This document shows, one piece after another, positions 41,041-49,561 of a stretch of DNA of 64,000 bases. Source of the stretch: Chloroflexota bacterium (GTDB lineage: Bacteria > Chloroflexota > Dehalococcoidia > GIF9 > AB-539-J10); NCBI GenBank assembly GCA_037444365.1, contig JBBIMO010000006.1:167-64166 (forward strand), in the 5' to 3' direction. The position numbers and the translations under genes are program-made. The stretch's first letter is position 1. The number at the start of each line of letters is the position of its first letter. The notes beneath the pieces are model-generated. The model saw only the letters and a program-made list of their open reading frames with translations. It had not been told where the DNA came from and searched no databases.

Positions 41041-42923
41041 CTTTGAACCTCCGCTAGTTGTCCCGGAACACACTCCACCGCCCTGAAGCGGTCAGGACAT
41101 ACGCTAAGACATACACCGCACCTGATACACTGCTTCTGGTCAATTACATGGACTTGCTTCTTTGCTCCGCTTATGGCACCGACAGGGCACTCCCTTAAGC
41201 AAATCAGGCAAGCCCTGCACTTATCCGGCAGGATACGGTAGGAGATAAGAGCCTTGCACACCCGAGCTGGACATTTCCTCTCATAGATATGCGCTTCATA
41301 TTCCTCACGGAAGTAGCGGATGGTGCTGAGCACGGGGTTTGGAGCACTCTGTCCCAGACCGCAGATTGAGCCTATCTTAATTGCTTCACCTAACTCCAGA
41401 AGCAAATCGATGTCCTCAGGCCTGCCCTTCCCTTCAGTGATAGCTTTGAGGATTTCGAGCATCTGCAGGGTTCCCAGTGTGCACAAGGAACACTGGCGGC
41501 AGGTCTCTTTTTGGGTGAAGTCTAAGAAGTAACGCGCCATATCAACCATACAGGTGTCTTCATCCACCGCCACCATGCCCCCAGACCCCATCATCGAGCC
41601 AGCAGCGGTCAGCGTGTCGAAATCAACAGGTGTATCCAGCAGACTTGCTGGGAGACATCCACCTGAAGGACCACCCGTCTGCACTGCCTTGAAACACTTG
41701 CCTCCGGGAATTCCTCCACCAATATCATAGACAATCTCACGGAGGGTAATCCCCATAGGCACCTCTATCAAACCGCAGTTCGCTATCTTGCCAGCCAGGG
41801 AGAACATAGCGGTGCCCTTGCTCTTATCAGTGCCTACACCAGCAAACCAATCCGCTCCTTTGTTGATAATCCACCGGATGTTGGCGAAGGTCTTCACGTT
41901 GTTGAGCAGAGTAGGATTACCCCATAACCCCACCTCAGTGGTTCTGGGACGGGGAAGGGGCTTCGGCATTCCTCTATTGCCTTCGATGGAGAGGGTCAAT
42001 GCGGTAGACTCTCCACAGACAAAGGCTCCAGCCCCCTGGAAAATTCCTATATCAAAACTGAAGTCACTGCCCAGAATATTCTCCCCCAGAACCCCCTTTT
42101 CCCTTGCCTGAGCAAGAGCAGTTTCCAGATACTTCACCGCCACGGGATACTCAGCACGCACATAGACATACCCTCTCTTCGCCCCAACGGCATAGCCAGC
42201 AATTGTCATTCCCTCCAGAACCGAATGGGGATCTCCCTCCAGCACCGAGCGATCTTGAAACGCCCCGGGATCGCCTTCATCGGCATTGCAGATAACATAC
42301 TTCTCATCGTCAGAGGCACGGCGACATGCTTCCCACTTTCGCCCGGTGGGGAAGCCAGCACCTCCAAGACCCCGCAACCCAGAACGTTTCACTTCACTAA
42401 TAACACTGTCTGGCTTCATTTCAAGAACCGCCTTTTCCAAAGCCTCATACCCACCACTGGCAATATAATGGTCGATGTCTCTAGGGTCGATAAAACCGCA
42501 GTTCCAAAGAACCCGTCTTACCTGTGGCTTAAGTGCCGGTAAGTCAAAAAGACAAGGAACTCCTTCAACGCTGCCTTCCGTACTCCCCAAGGCATAATCT
42601 GCCAGAAGATTGTCATTCACCAGATAACCATCAACAATCTCCTTGGCTCTTTCTGGAGAAACGTTACGATACCAGATACTCGGCCGTCCTGGTTTCGCGA
42701 TGCAGACCACCGGCTCAGCATAGCAGAGTCCGAGACAGCCAGTTTCTATGATTTCCGCCTCAATATTGCGGCCTTCCAGTTCTTGACTGAATACCTTCAC
42801 TACGTCCAATGCTCCAGCGGACCGTCCACAAGTTGCCGTGCCTATAAGAATCAAGGGCTTTTTGCTTTGCCGCAGCGCCTCTCTTTTCTTTTTTGCGTCT
42901 CGCTTCACCTTCTCAAAGTTCAT
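41037..42923 (-). CDS. NuoF/HydB-like NAD(P)H- and FMN-binding Fe-S subunit (paralogue 1)
   Basis: It has an N-terminal thioredoxin-like [2Fe-2S] segment ('ILIGTATCGRSAGA...GCLGLCYAEP'), 'GLRGLGGAGFPTGRKWE', 'GAFVCGESTAL' and 'ETCRQCSLCTLG'. The C-terminus carries 'CRACLICLRECP' and 'CIRCGVCLSVCP'. Confidence 0.9.
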   Translation of the reverse strand: MNFEKVKRDAKKKREALRQSKKPLILIGTATCGRSAGALDVVKVFSQELEGRNIEAEIIETGCLGLCYAEPVVCIAKPGRPSIWYRNVSPERAKEIVDGYLVNDNLLADYALGSTEGSVEGVPCLFDLPALKPQVRRVLWNCGFIDPRDIDHYIASGGYEALEKAVLEMKPDSVISEVKRSGLRGLGGAGFPTGRKWEACRRASDDEKYVICNADEGDPGAFQDRSVLEGDPHSVLEGMTIAGYAVGAKRGYVYVRAEYPVAVKYLETALAQAREKGVLGENILGSDFSFDIGIFQGAGAFVCGESTALTLSIEGNRGMPKPLPRPRTTEVGLWGNPTLLNNVKTFANIRWIINKGADWFAGVGTDKSKGTAMFSLAGKIANCGLIEVPMGITLREIVYDIGGGIPGGKCFKAVQTGGPSGGCLPASLLDTPVDFDTLTAAGSMMGSGGMVAVDEDTCMVDMARYFLDFTQKETCRQCSLCTLGTLQMLEILKAITEGKGRPEDIDLLLELGEAIKIGSICGLGQSAPNPVLSTIRYFREEYEAHIYERKCPARVCKALISYRILPDKCRACLICLRECPVGAISGAKKQVHVIDQKQCIRCGVCLSVCPDRFRAVECVPGQLAEVQR

Positions 42924-43374
42924 CTTGCTCCCCCTTTGTTAGAAGTTCTTTTACCTTTTTGGGGGTCATTTTGGATTCAACTTTTCCGTTGATTACTAAG
43001 CAAGGTGCCAGAGCACAACACCCAATACAGGCTACCGTTTCCAGCGAATACTCCAGATCAGGTGTGGTTTCTCCTTCTTCAATCCTCAGTTGCCTCTTCA
43101 TCTCGTCAAGAATCTGTGGGGCGCCACGCACATGGCAAGCTGTCCCTCGGCACACCGTCACCCGCGTCCTTCCCAGAGGAACAAAGCGGAACTGGGAATA
43201 GAATGAGGCAATGCTGAAGACCTTGCTTTCCGCCACTCCGCAGAACTCAGCCACCTTGGCCATAGCTTCCTCTGGGAGATAGCCATATTCCGCCTGGACT
43301 CGCTGCAAAATGGGAATCAGCTCACCCTGGTCTCCTTTGTAAGAGGATAGGATTCCCGATAACTGGTATTCCAT
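42913..43374 (-). CDS. NuoE/HydC-like [2Fe-2S] subunit (paralogue 1)
   Basis: 'LIPILQRVQAEYGYLP', 'VCRGTACHVRG' and 'CIGCCALAP'. The start is set at the ATG preceded by AGGAGG. It overlaps the nuoF-like start by 11 nt. Confidence 0.85.
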   Translation of the reverse strand: MEYQLSGILSSYKGDQGELIPILQRVQAEYGYLPEEAMAKVAEFCGVAESKVFSIASFYSQFRFVPLGRTRVTVCRGTACHVRGAPQILDEMKRQLRIEEGETTPDLEYSLETVACIGCCALAPCLVINGKVESKMTPKKVKELLTKGEQDEL

Positions 43375-43464
43375 GCAGTTTCCTCCTTGCTTTCGGTAAC
43401 TTTCTGACACTCGCATTTAACCCGAAACTTTGGAATGGTTACCATTCTTCCCACAAAACCTAGC

Positions 43465-44115
43465 TCAGGCAGAGGGCACACCTCTGACCAGCTTCCAAAC
43501 GATGGTTTCGCAGAGCACAGCAATGTCTTCTGTGGAAAGATAATCGGAAATACTAGTGTCGAACAATATACTCCCATTGGGAGCAAGCTCCCCATCGCCT
43601 CTCCACAATACAAATGTGATAGGCACATATGGGAAAGCGTTAATGGTTACAGATACATCCCCATAGTCTGCCTTGCGGCCTCCTGATTTTGCGGAAGTAC
43701 TTACTAGCAGTTCAAGATTACTCCCAAACCGCTTTACAAAAGGCGCTATAGCTCTCTGGGAAAATGCCGGGAAGTAGCTAATGCCTCCTGGTAACTGCTT
43801 ATAGGTAATCAATTTGCCGGTGGGTGGCGTGCCCTTTGCCCCAGTGAAATAGTGAAGTATCAGGATCTTGTCCCTTAAGGACACCTCCATACTGCTATCA
43901 CCCAACAAAATCCTTACGTCAGGAAGCAGGATGTGACACAACTGACCCAGATAGTCAATGCCTATCTTGCGCGGTCCCACGTAGCGGGCGCCAGTCTTAC
44001 GACACTGACCTTCCATATCACTGATTCTTGCCACCTGCTCACGAGCAAGCCTGTAAGAGATATCAAAACCTCTTTCCCAAGGACTGCCTGACAAAGAACT
44101 GCGATCTCGTATCAT
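43465..44115 (-). CDS. Hypothetical protein, possibly DUF3786 family
   Basis: 216 aa, translationally coupled: its start overlaps the metF-3 stop by 4 nt. The family assignment is from memory of DUF3786 proteins near corrinoid/WLP genes and is not verified. Confidence 0.5.
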   Translation of the reverse strand: MIRDRSSLSGSPWERGFDISYRLAREQVARISDMEGQCRKTGARYVGPRKIGIDYLGQLCHILLPDVRILLGDSSMEVSLRDKILILHYFTGAKGTPPTGKLITYKQLPGGISYFPAFSQRAIAPFVKRFGSNLELLVSTSAKSGGRKADYGDVSVTINAFPYVPITFVLWRGDGELAPNGSILFDTSISDYLSTEDIAVLCETIVWKLVRGVPSA

Positions 44116-45041
44116 ATGACCGACTTAGGACGAGGCAAAAGACGCGCCGCCTCCAATACTTCAGGCACAACCTCCTCCCATTCGATAGCCATAACATGGA
44201 CGCCAGCCACGCCATCAATCTCACGCACTTGATTAATAATATCAACGCACAGCCTTATGCCTTCCTTGGGCACCTGTTCTTTGGGTACTCCCTGGAGCCG
44301 CGCAATAACGCTGTCGGGCACGTCCATGCCTGGAACCTTGGTCTTCATATACCTTGCAGCGCCCACTGACTTTATGGGCGCGACACCGGCAAGTATCTTC
44401 ACTCTCTCATGCAAACCTCTGTCCCGCACCATTTTCATCCACTCAGCAAACCTCTCTACATTGTAAACAATCTGGGTCTGAATGAAATCCGCACCCGTTG
44501 CCACTTTCTTAGCAAGACGCGCTGCTCTAAACTGCACAGGGTCGGCAAAAGGGTTTTCAGCAGCCCCGATGAACAGATGTGGCTCGACCGCCATCACCTC
44601 GCCACACTGGAGCTTCTTCTCGTCCCGCATGCCCTTCACCACCTGAACCAGTTGGATCGAGTCCAGGTCATACACGCCTTTGGCAGTCGGATGGTTACCG
44701 AACTTCTGGTGGTCTCCTGTGAGGCACAACACATTGTTTATGCCCAATGCCGCAATCCCCAGTATATCCATCTGGAGGGCGATACGATTGCGGTCGCGGC
44801 AGGTCATCTGGGCAATAGGGTCCAGACCTTCCTCCCCAGCTATAAGGCAGGCTGCCCACGATGCCATGCGCACCACAGCGGTCTGTCCGTCGGTAACATT
44901 GCAGGCATCTACATAGCCCTTGAGCAGCCTCGCTTTCCTTCTGATCACTTCGCGGTCAGCGCTTTGAGGTGGCCCCAGTTCACCGGTCACAGCGAATTGC
45001 CGAGCTTCCAGCACCCGTTCCAGATTGCTTTTGGTCTTCAT
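44112..45041 (-). CDS. metF: Methylenetetrahydrofolate reductase, paralogue 3 (NuoEF/FdhA-linked)
   Basis: 309 aa with 'QMTCRDRNRIALQMDIL', 'NNVLCLTGD' and 'GADFIQTQIVYN'. It is preceded by metV-2. Confidence 0.85.
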   Translation of the reverse strand: MKTKSNLERVLEARQFAVTGELGPPQSADREVIRRKARLLKGYVDACNVTDGQTAVVRMASWAACLIAGEEGLDPIAQMTCRDRNRIALQMDILGIAALGINNVLCLTGDHQKFGNHPTAKGVYDLDSIQLVQVVKGMRDEKKLQCGEVMAVEPHLFIGAAENPFADPVQFRAARLAKKVATGADFIQTQIVYNVERFAEWMKMVRDRGLHERVKILAGVAPIKSVGAARYMKTKVPGMDVPDSVIARLQGVPKEQVPKEGIRLCVDIINQVREIDGVAGVHVMAIEWEEVVPEVLEAARLLPRPKSVI

Positions 45042-45072
45042 TGCTCCTCCAATTCTTTCGCTCGCGTAGCAG

Positions 45073-45723
45073 TTAACGAAACCTTCTCACTGGCGGTCCT
45101 GAAAGCAGACTGACACTCCAATTCTTAGGCTGCACGAGTTTCTCCAGTCTGTCAAGCTGTCCTAACTGGGCAAAGCGTTCGTAAATCAGTTGCCAGACGC
45201 ATGGTATGCTAGCATCAACTTCACATTTGCCAGCTTGTGAGCCGCCACACGGACCATTGAGCAAATGCTTAGAACATCGCGCAATAGGACATAGCCCACC
45301 AGTGAACCCCAGCATGCAATCACCACACTCCAGGCATCGCTCCGACTCCTTCCATTCAGCGTGGGCACCGCCTGATGACAAGGTGTTGCACCCGGGATAT
45401 ACAGCCTTGCTCACCAGTTCCGCCACGGTCTGCACCCCGGCTCCATCGGTCAAGACCAGGATAGCATCGGTGCCAGCAATTTCCTTTTTGTAAGACCTGA
45501 GCTTCAACTTCGTTAACGTGCTATCACACAACATGTCAACAACCAGCGACCCAGTGACGGTTTTCCCCTTCTCCTGTAACGTATTTTTCATTTCGGCCAC
45601 TTGCCTTTCCCCACCACTACCCCAGCCCTGAGCACAACCATTACAGCCTATGAGAAGGATGCTCTGATCGCTTTCCACATAGCTTAGAATCTCACCAATT
45701 GGTTTTCGCTCCGAAATCAGCAT
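45073..45723 (-). CDS. metV: MetV, paralogue 2
   Basis: 'LIGCNGCAQGW', 'CLECGDCMLGFTGGLCPIARCSKHLLNGPCGG' and 'CEVDASIPCVW', the same Cys pattern as paralogue 1. Confidence 0.8.
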   Translation of the reverse strand: MLISERKPIGEILSYVESDQSILLIGCNGCAQGWGSGGERQVAEMKNTLQEKGKTVTGSLVVDMLCDSTLTKLKLRSYKKEIAGTDAILVLTDGAGVQTVAELVSKAVYPGCNTLSSGGAHAEWKESERCLECGDCMLGFTGGLCPIARCSKHLLNGPCGGSQAGKCEVDASIPCVWQLIYERFAQLGQLDRLEKLVQPKNWSVSLLSGPPVRRFR

Positions 45724-45734
45724 TTGTCTCTCCT

Positions 45735-46229
45735 TTACGCCCTCACCATATTCCTCTCCTCGCTAGAGAGGTTAACGGAGGTATCCAGTTCTGCCAAAAC
45801 GGCTTCCACTATCTGACTCATCCTGTCCCTAAGCTCGGGCGACAACTCCAAGCCCCAATCCACTTCCTTGGGCTCGACGCCGATAACGACAGCCTCACCT
45901 ATCTCGACAGAATCAGGGTGCCAAAGACGCAGCCATGTTAAGCTATCCACCAAGCTCACATCGTGAAGAGATAGAAATGGCTTTTGCTCTAGAGTTACAT
46001 CTTTTAGGCGAAAGCGATAAATTTGCCCGGGCGTTCCCCCACCCTTAACAGCATCAACTATGACCAATTTATCAGCTATGCTGAGAAACTGCCCTACATC
46101 GGAGCATGTACCGGCATCAACTATTGTTACATCTGGTAGGTTGATCCTCTCGAGAGCATGCACCACGTGACAACCGATACCCTCATCCTTAAACAGGACG
46201 TTCCCTATTCCCAGCACGAATTTGCCCAT
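45735..46229 (-). CDS. [NiFe] hydrogenase maturation endopeptidase
   Basis: 'VLGIGNVLFKDEGIG...VVHAL' and 'VDAGTC...LVIVDAV' fit the HyaD/HycI family. The start is set at the internal ATG (M14). Confidence 0.8.
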   Translation of the reverse strand: MGKFVLGIGNVLFKDEGIGCHVVHALERINLPDVTIVDAGTCSDVGQFLSIADKLVIVDAVKGGGTPGQIYRFRLKDVTLEQKPFLSLHDVSLVDSLTWLRLWHPDSVEIGEAVVIGVEPKEVDWGLELSPELRDRMSQIVEAVLAELDTSVNLSSEERNMVRA

Positions 46230-46303
46230 TCTCTCACAAACTCCCCTTCCCACTCTTGTCCCCACCATCGTAGGGACAGGCCTTCAAAGGGGGGAACTAT
46301 TTG

Positions 46304-47863
46304 CTAACAAACTCTCAATTTGCCTAAGTCATGCCCCTTGGGACTGAGCAAATGTATGGAACAGGCGAGACAAGGATCGAAGGACCTAACAATGCGGACT
46401 ACCTCGAAGGGATTAGCCTCATTCCTTATCTTGGTGCCAATCATAGCTTGCTCCAATGGTCCGGGCTGGTCCTTATCATCTCTGGGAGACATATTCCAGG
46501 TAGATGGGGTGATGACTTGGTAATTAGCAATCCTGCCTTCCTTTATTTCTACCCAATGCCCCAAGCCACCCCTCGGACCATCAGCCAGTCCCATGCCAGT
46601 AGCTTGCCTGGGGAGTTCGTAGCTTATGTAAGCCGGCTCGCCAGGCTTTAGTTGTAAGACCCAATCGACCATGGCATCGACAACAAATTTAGTCTGCAGA
46701 GCCCGACAGAGATGCCTCCCCATAACAGAAAATAAGGCCTTCGGTTTTAGACTAAGTTGTGACAATGTGGAGTCAACCAAATTCCTGACTTTGTGATTGC
46801 CATCGGCATAGTTGACCATCATCTGAGCCAATGGCCCGACCTCGAAGACCATTCCACCGTAGCGAGGTGATTTAAGCCAGGAATAAGCACCTCTCTTTCC
46901 TTCGTCGAGAACAACATCCCCCTGGGAGGGATGTCTGCCGCTGATAGAATCAGCATACCAGGAATGCCTCACCTCTTCGGTGATCTTAGCCGGATCCAAT
47001 TCACGAAACTTGAGATCGGTAGAGGTAGTCCCAGGCCTGAAAAATCTTTTCCTCTTGGTGAGGTCAGCTTCCTTTCCATCCAGCTCATAGGAGCCGTAAG
47101 TAAGCAAATCACCACAGCCATAACCAATCTCAAAGTAATCGGAGTAAACGTTGGCTACCGCCAGCACATCGGGGAGATAAACATTATCAACAAACTCTTG
47201 AAGTGCCTTTAACCTCCACAGGAAGGACGTCATATTATCAACCGTAGGTACAGAGGCAACTCCACCTGGCATTATGGCCATGTTGTGAGGTACCTTGCCA
47301 CCAAATATAGCGAGCATCTCTTGACCTTTGCGACGCATGTCAAATGCTGCCACATAGTGAGCCACCGCTTGTTCATTGACTGGATCAGGCAGCCGATAAT
47401 CACCTTCATAACGGGGTACAAAAGGTCCCAATTCCCCTCGCGCAATGAAGTTCCTTATGGAATTCAAGGCAGGATTATTTCCTTCGTACTTTGCTAACCG
47501 CGCTACGTCCACATAGTCAAGAGCCGCCAAGTGATAGAAGTGCAAGATGTGGTCAGCGACATGGGCTGCCCCCAGAATCAAATTGCGAATAACTCTACCG
47601 TTATCGGGTATCTTGTCGCCGATGCCCAAAGCGCTATCCAAGTTCAGGGCAGCGACAGTCGAATGTACTGTGGGACACACACCACAAATCCGTTGAGTTA
47701 TTCGTTGCGCATCACGAGGGTCTCTGCCCCTCAGGATTAACTCTAAACCACGGAACAGCATCCCTGAGCTTCTGGCCTCTTTCACTTTGCCACCATCAAC
47801 CACCACCTCCACCTTGAGATGCCCCTCAATACGCGTAACTGGATCGATCGTAATCTTGCCCAT
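46304..47863 (-). CDS. [NiFe] hydrogenase large subunit
   Basis: It has 'IDPVTRIEGH', the L1 motif 'RICGVCPTVH' and the C-terminal L2 motif 'DPCLACSIH'. L2 is followed by a 15-aa extension, the substrate of the adjacent protease. Confidence 0.92.
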   Translation of the reverse strand: MGKITIDPVTRIEGHLKVEVVVDGGKVKEARSSGMLFRGLELILRGRDPRDAQRITQRICGVCPTVHSTVAALNLDSALGIGDKIPDNGRVIRNLILGAAHVADHILHFYHLAALDYVDVARLAKYEGNNPALNSIRNFIARGELGPFVPRYEGDYRLPDPVNEQAVAHYVAAFDMRRKGQEMLAIFGGKVPHNMAIMPGGVASVPTVDNMTSFLWRLKALQEFVDNVYLPDVLAVANVYSDYFEIGYGCGDLLTYGSYELDGKEADLTKRKRFFRPGTTSTDLKFRELDPAKITEEVRHSWYADSISGRHPSQGDVVLDEGKRGAYSWLKSPRYGGMVFEVGPLAQMMVNYADGNHKVRNLVDSTLSQLSLKPKALFSVMGRHLCRALQTKFVVDAMVDWVLQLKPGEPAYISYELPRQATGMGLADGPRGGLGHWVEIKEGRIANYQVITPSTWNMSPRDDKDQPGPLEQAMIGTKIRNEANPFEVVRIVRSFDPCLACSIHLLSPKGHDLGKLRVC

Positions 47864-47867
47864 TAGT

Positions 47868-48731
47868 TCAAACCTCCTCTGGCAAAGCAGATTCGCTAAG
47901 TTTTTCGTAAAGCGGGGCTATGTCAAAAAACCCAGGCTCCGTGCAGCCGATACAAGTGGCACCACAACCAACACACCAATTTACCCTGTCGTTCCACAAT
48001 CTCACAGGGCAATCAGCATGTGTTATCGGTCCCCGGCAGCCTAGTTCATAGTTGCACCCGGGATCGCCAAACTTCTTAGCGAATTTGTTTTCGTCGTAGT
48101 AGGCCCGCCTCGGGCAGTTCTCATGGATTGTCTGCCCGTAGAAAGCCTTGGGACGTCTGTGTTCATCCAAATCCTCTGCCCTAGGTAGGCCCCAAAGCAG
48201 CACACTCGCCACTGTACCGACAAACCACTCGGGATGCGGCGGACAACCCGGTATGTTTACCAAAGGAGTATTGATCCCCTTGCCTTCCAAAATGCCGCCC
48301 ACACTACGGCACCCGGTAGGATTTGGATTGGCCGCAGGAATTCCACCAAATGCAGCGCAAGTCCCCAGGGCCATAACCGCCAGGGCATCCTTGGCTAGTG
48401 TTTCCACCCACGATTGCATGGTTGTCGGCTTCCCTTCCCGCTCGCCAAACACACCATAGATGCCCTCCCTGGCTGTAGGTATAGCTCCCTCCACGATCAA
48501 GATGTATCCTTTCTTCTTCTTGCGTGAGGTATCTACCATAACCTCGATTATGGGCGCTCCCGCCCCCGCCATCACAGTGGGATGAAACCTGAGATTGATA
48601 TGGCTGCCAGGCAATACTTCGTCAACCAGGATATTCTTGATAGAGGGATTTACCGCATTGAGAAGGGAGACTGAACAACCGGTACATCCAGCGGCCTGTA
48701 ACCATATCGCCGGGTATTCTTTTGTAGCCAT
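47868..48731 (-). CDS. [NiFe] hydrogenase small subunit, no Tat signal (cytoplasmic)
   Basis: It starts 'MATKEYPAIWLQAAGCTGCSVSLLN' with no twin-arginine leader. It also has 'GTCAAFGGIP', 'IPGCPPHP' and distal-cluster Cys residues 'CPVRLW...CVGCGATCIGC'. Confidence 0.88.
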   Translation of the reverse strand: MATKEYPAIWLQAAGCTGCSVSLLNAVNPSIKNILVDEVLPGSHINLRFHPTVMAGAGAPIIEVMVDTSRKKKKGYILIVEGAIPTAREGIYGVFGEREGKPTTMQSWVETLAKDALAVMALGTCAAFGGIPAANPNPTGCRSVGGILEGKGINTPLVNIPGCPPHPEWFVGTVASVLLWGLPRAEDLDEHRRPKAFYGQTIHENCPRRAYYDENKFAKKFGDPGCNYELGCRGPITHADCPVRLWNDRVNWCVGCGATCIGCTEPGFFDIAPLYEKLSESALPEEV

Positions 48732-48793
48732 AGGTCCTCACCTGCCTTTCAGCATATTTTCGCCAACCCTCCATCGGGAGGCCATTGCCTCAA

Positions 48794-49561
48794 TCACAAA
48801 CGCAAGCCCTCAGCTATCTCCTTGATCTTCAGCTGCAGAGGTGAATTCTGGGGGAGTTCAGTTACAGGCCTGCCATTCATTTCCAGCGCCCCCATGTTGG
48901 TGTCTTCTGGAATCAGGGCAATAACCTTCAAGCCAGATTCATCAATTGCCTTGTTAAGCTCTGGAGACAGGTCATTTCTCACACGATTAACTACCAGCCC
49001 GACTTTGCCCACGTTTGACCTTAACTCCCTAATAAGCTCCTTCATACGAGCAGCCGTAGTGACTCCCTTCATTGTGGGGTCAGACATGATGAGCAAAACA
49101 TCCACGTCTCTGGTTGTTTGGCGACTAATGTGTTCCATACCTGCTTCGCAATCCATCACAACATAAGCATACTTATAGTCCTTCACCAGCTTATCTAATG
49201 AAGCGCGCAGAAATTCATTCGAGGCGCAGTAACATCCGGGCCCTTCCGGCCGGCCCATCGCCAGAAGATCAAAGCCTTTAGATTCAACCAGCGACTCCAC
49301 TATCCTGCCAAAAAGATATTCCGACTTGGAAATCGTGGGGCTTAACCGGCCTGCCGAGACATCCTCAGCCATTCTCTCCCGTATTCTACCCACAGTCCTG
49401 CTATCATCCACAGACAGACCTAGCGCCTGACTGAGATTCATGCTCGGGTCAGCGTCCACCGCCAGAACCAGACCCTTCTGGGAAAGAAGCTTGATGAGTA
49501 AGGCAGCAACAGTAGTCTTGCCTGTCCCTCCCTTTCCTGCGATAGCAATCGTTTTCGTCAT
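48794..49561 (-). CDS. cooC: CooC/AcsF-type Ni-insertion ATPase
   Basis: It has the P-loop 'IAGKGGTGKTT' and the CxC nickel motif 'GPGCYC'. Its ATG overlaps the upstream TAA by 1 nt (TAATG). Confidence 0.85.
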   Translation of the reverse strand: MTKTIAIAGKGGTGKTTVAALLIKLLSQKGLVLAVDADPSMNLSQALGLSVDDSRTVGRIRERMAEDVSAGRLSPTISKSEYLFGRIVESLVESKGFDLLAMGRPEGPGCYCASNEFLRASLDKLVKDYKYAYVVMDCEAGMEHISRQTTRDVDVLLIMSDPTMKGVTTAARMKELIRELRSNVGKVGLVVNRVRNDLSPELNKAIDESGLKVIALIPEDTNMGALEMNGRPVTELPQNSPLQLKIKEIAEGLRL

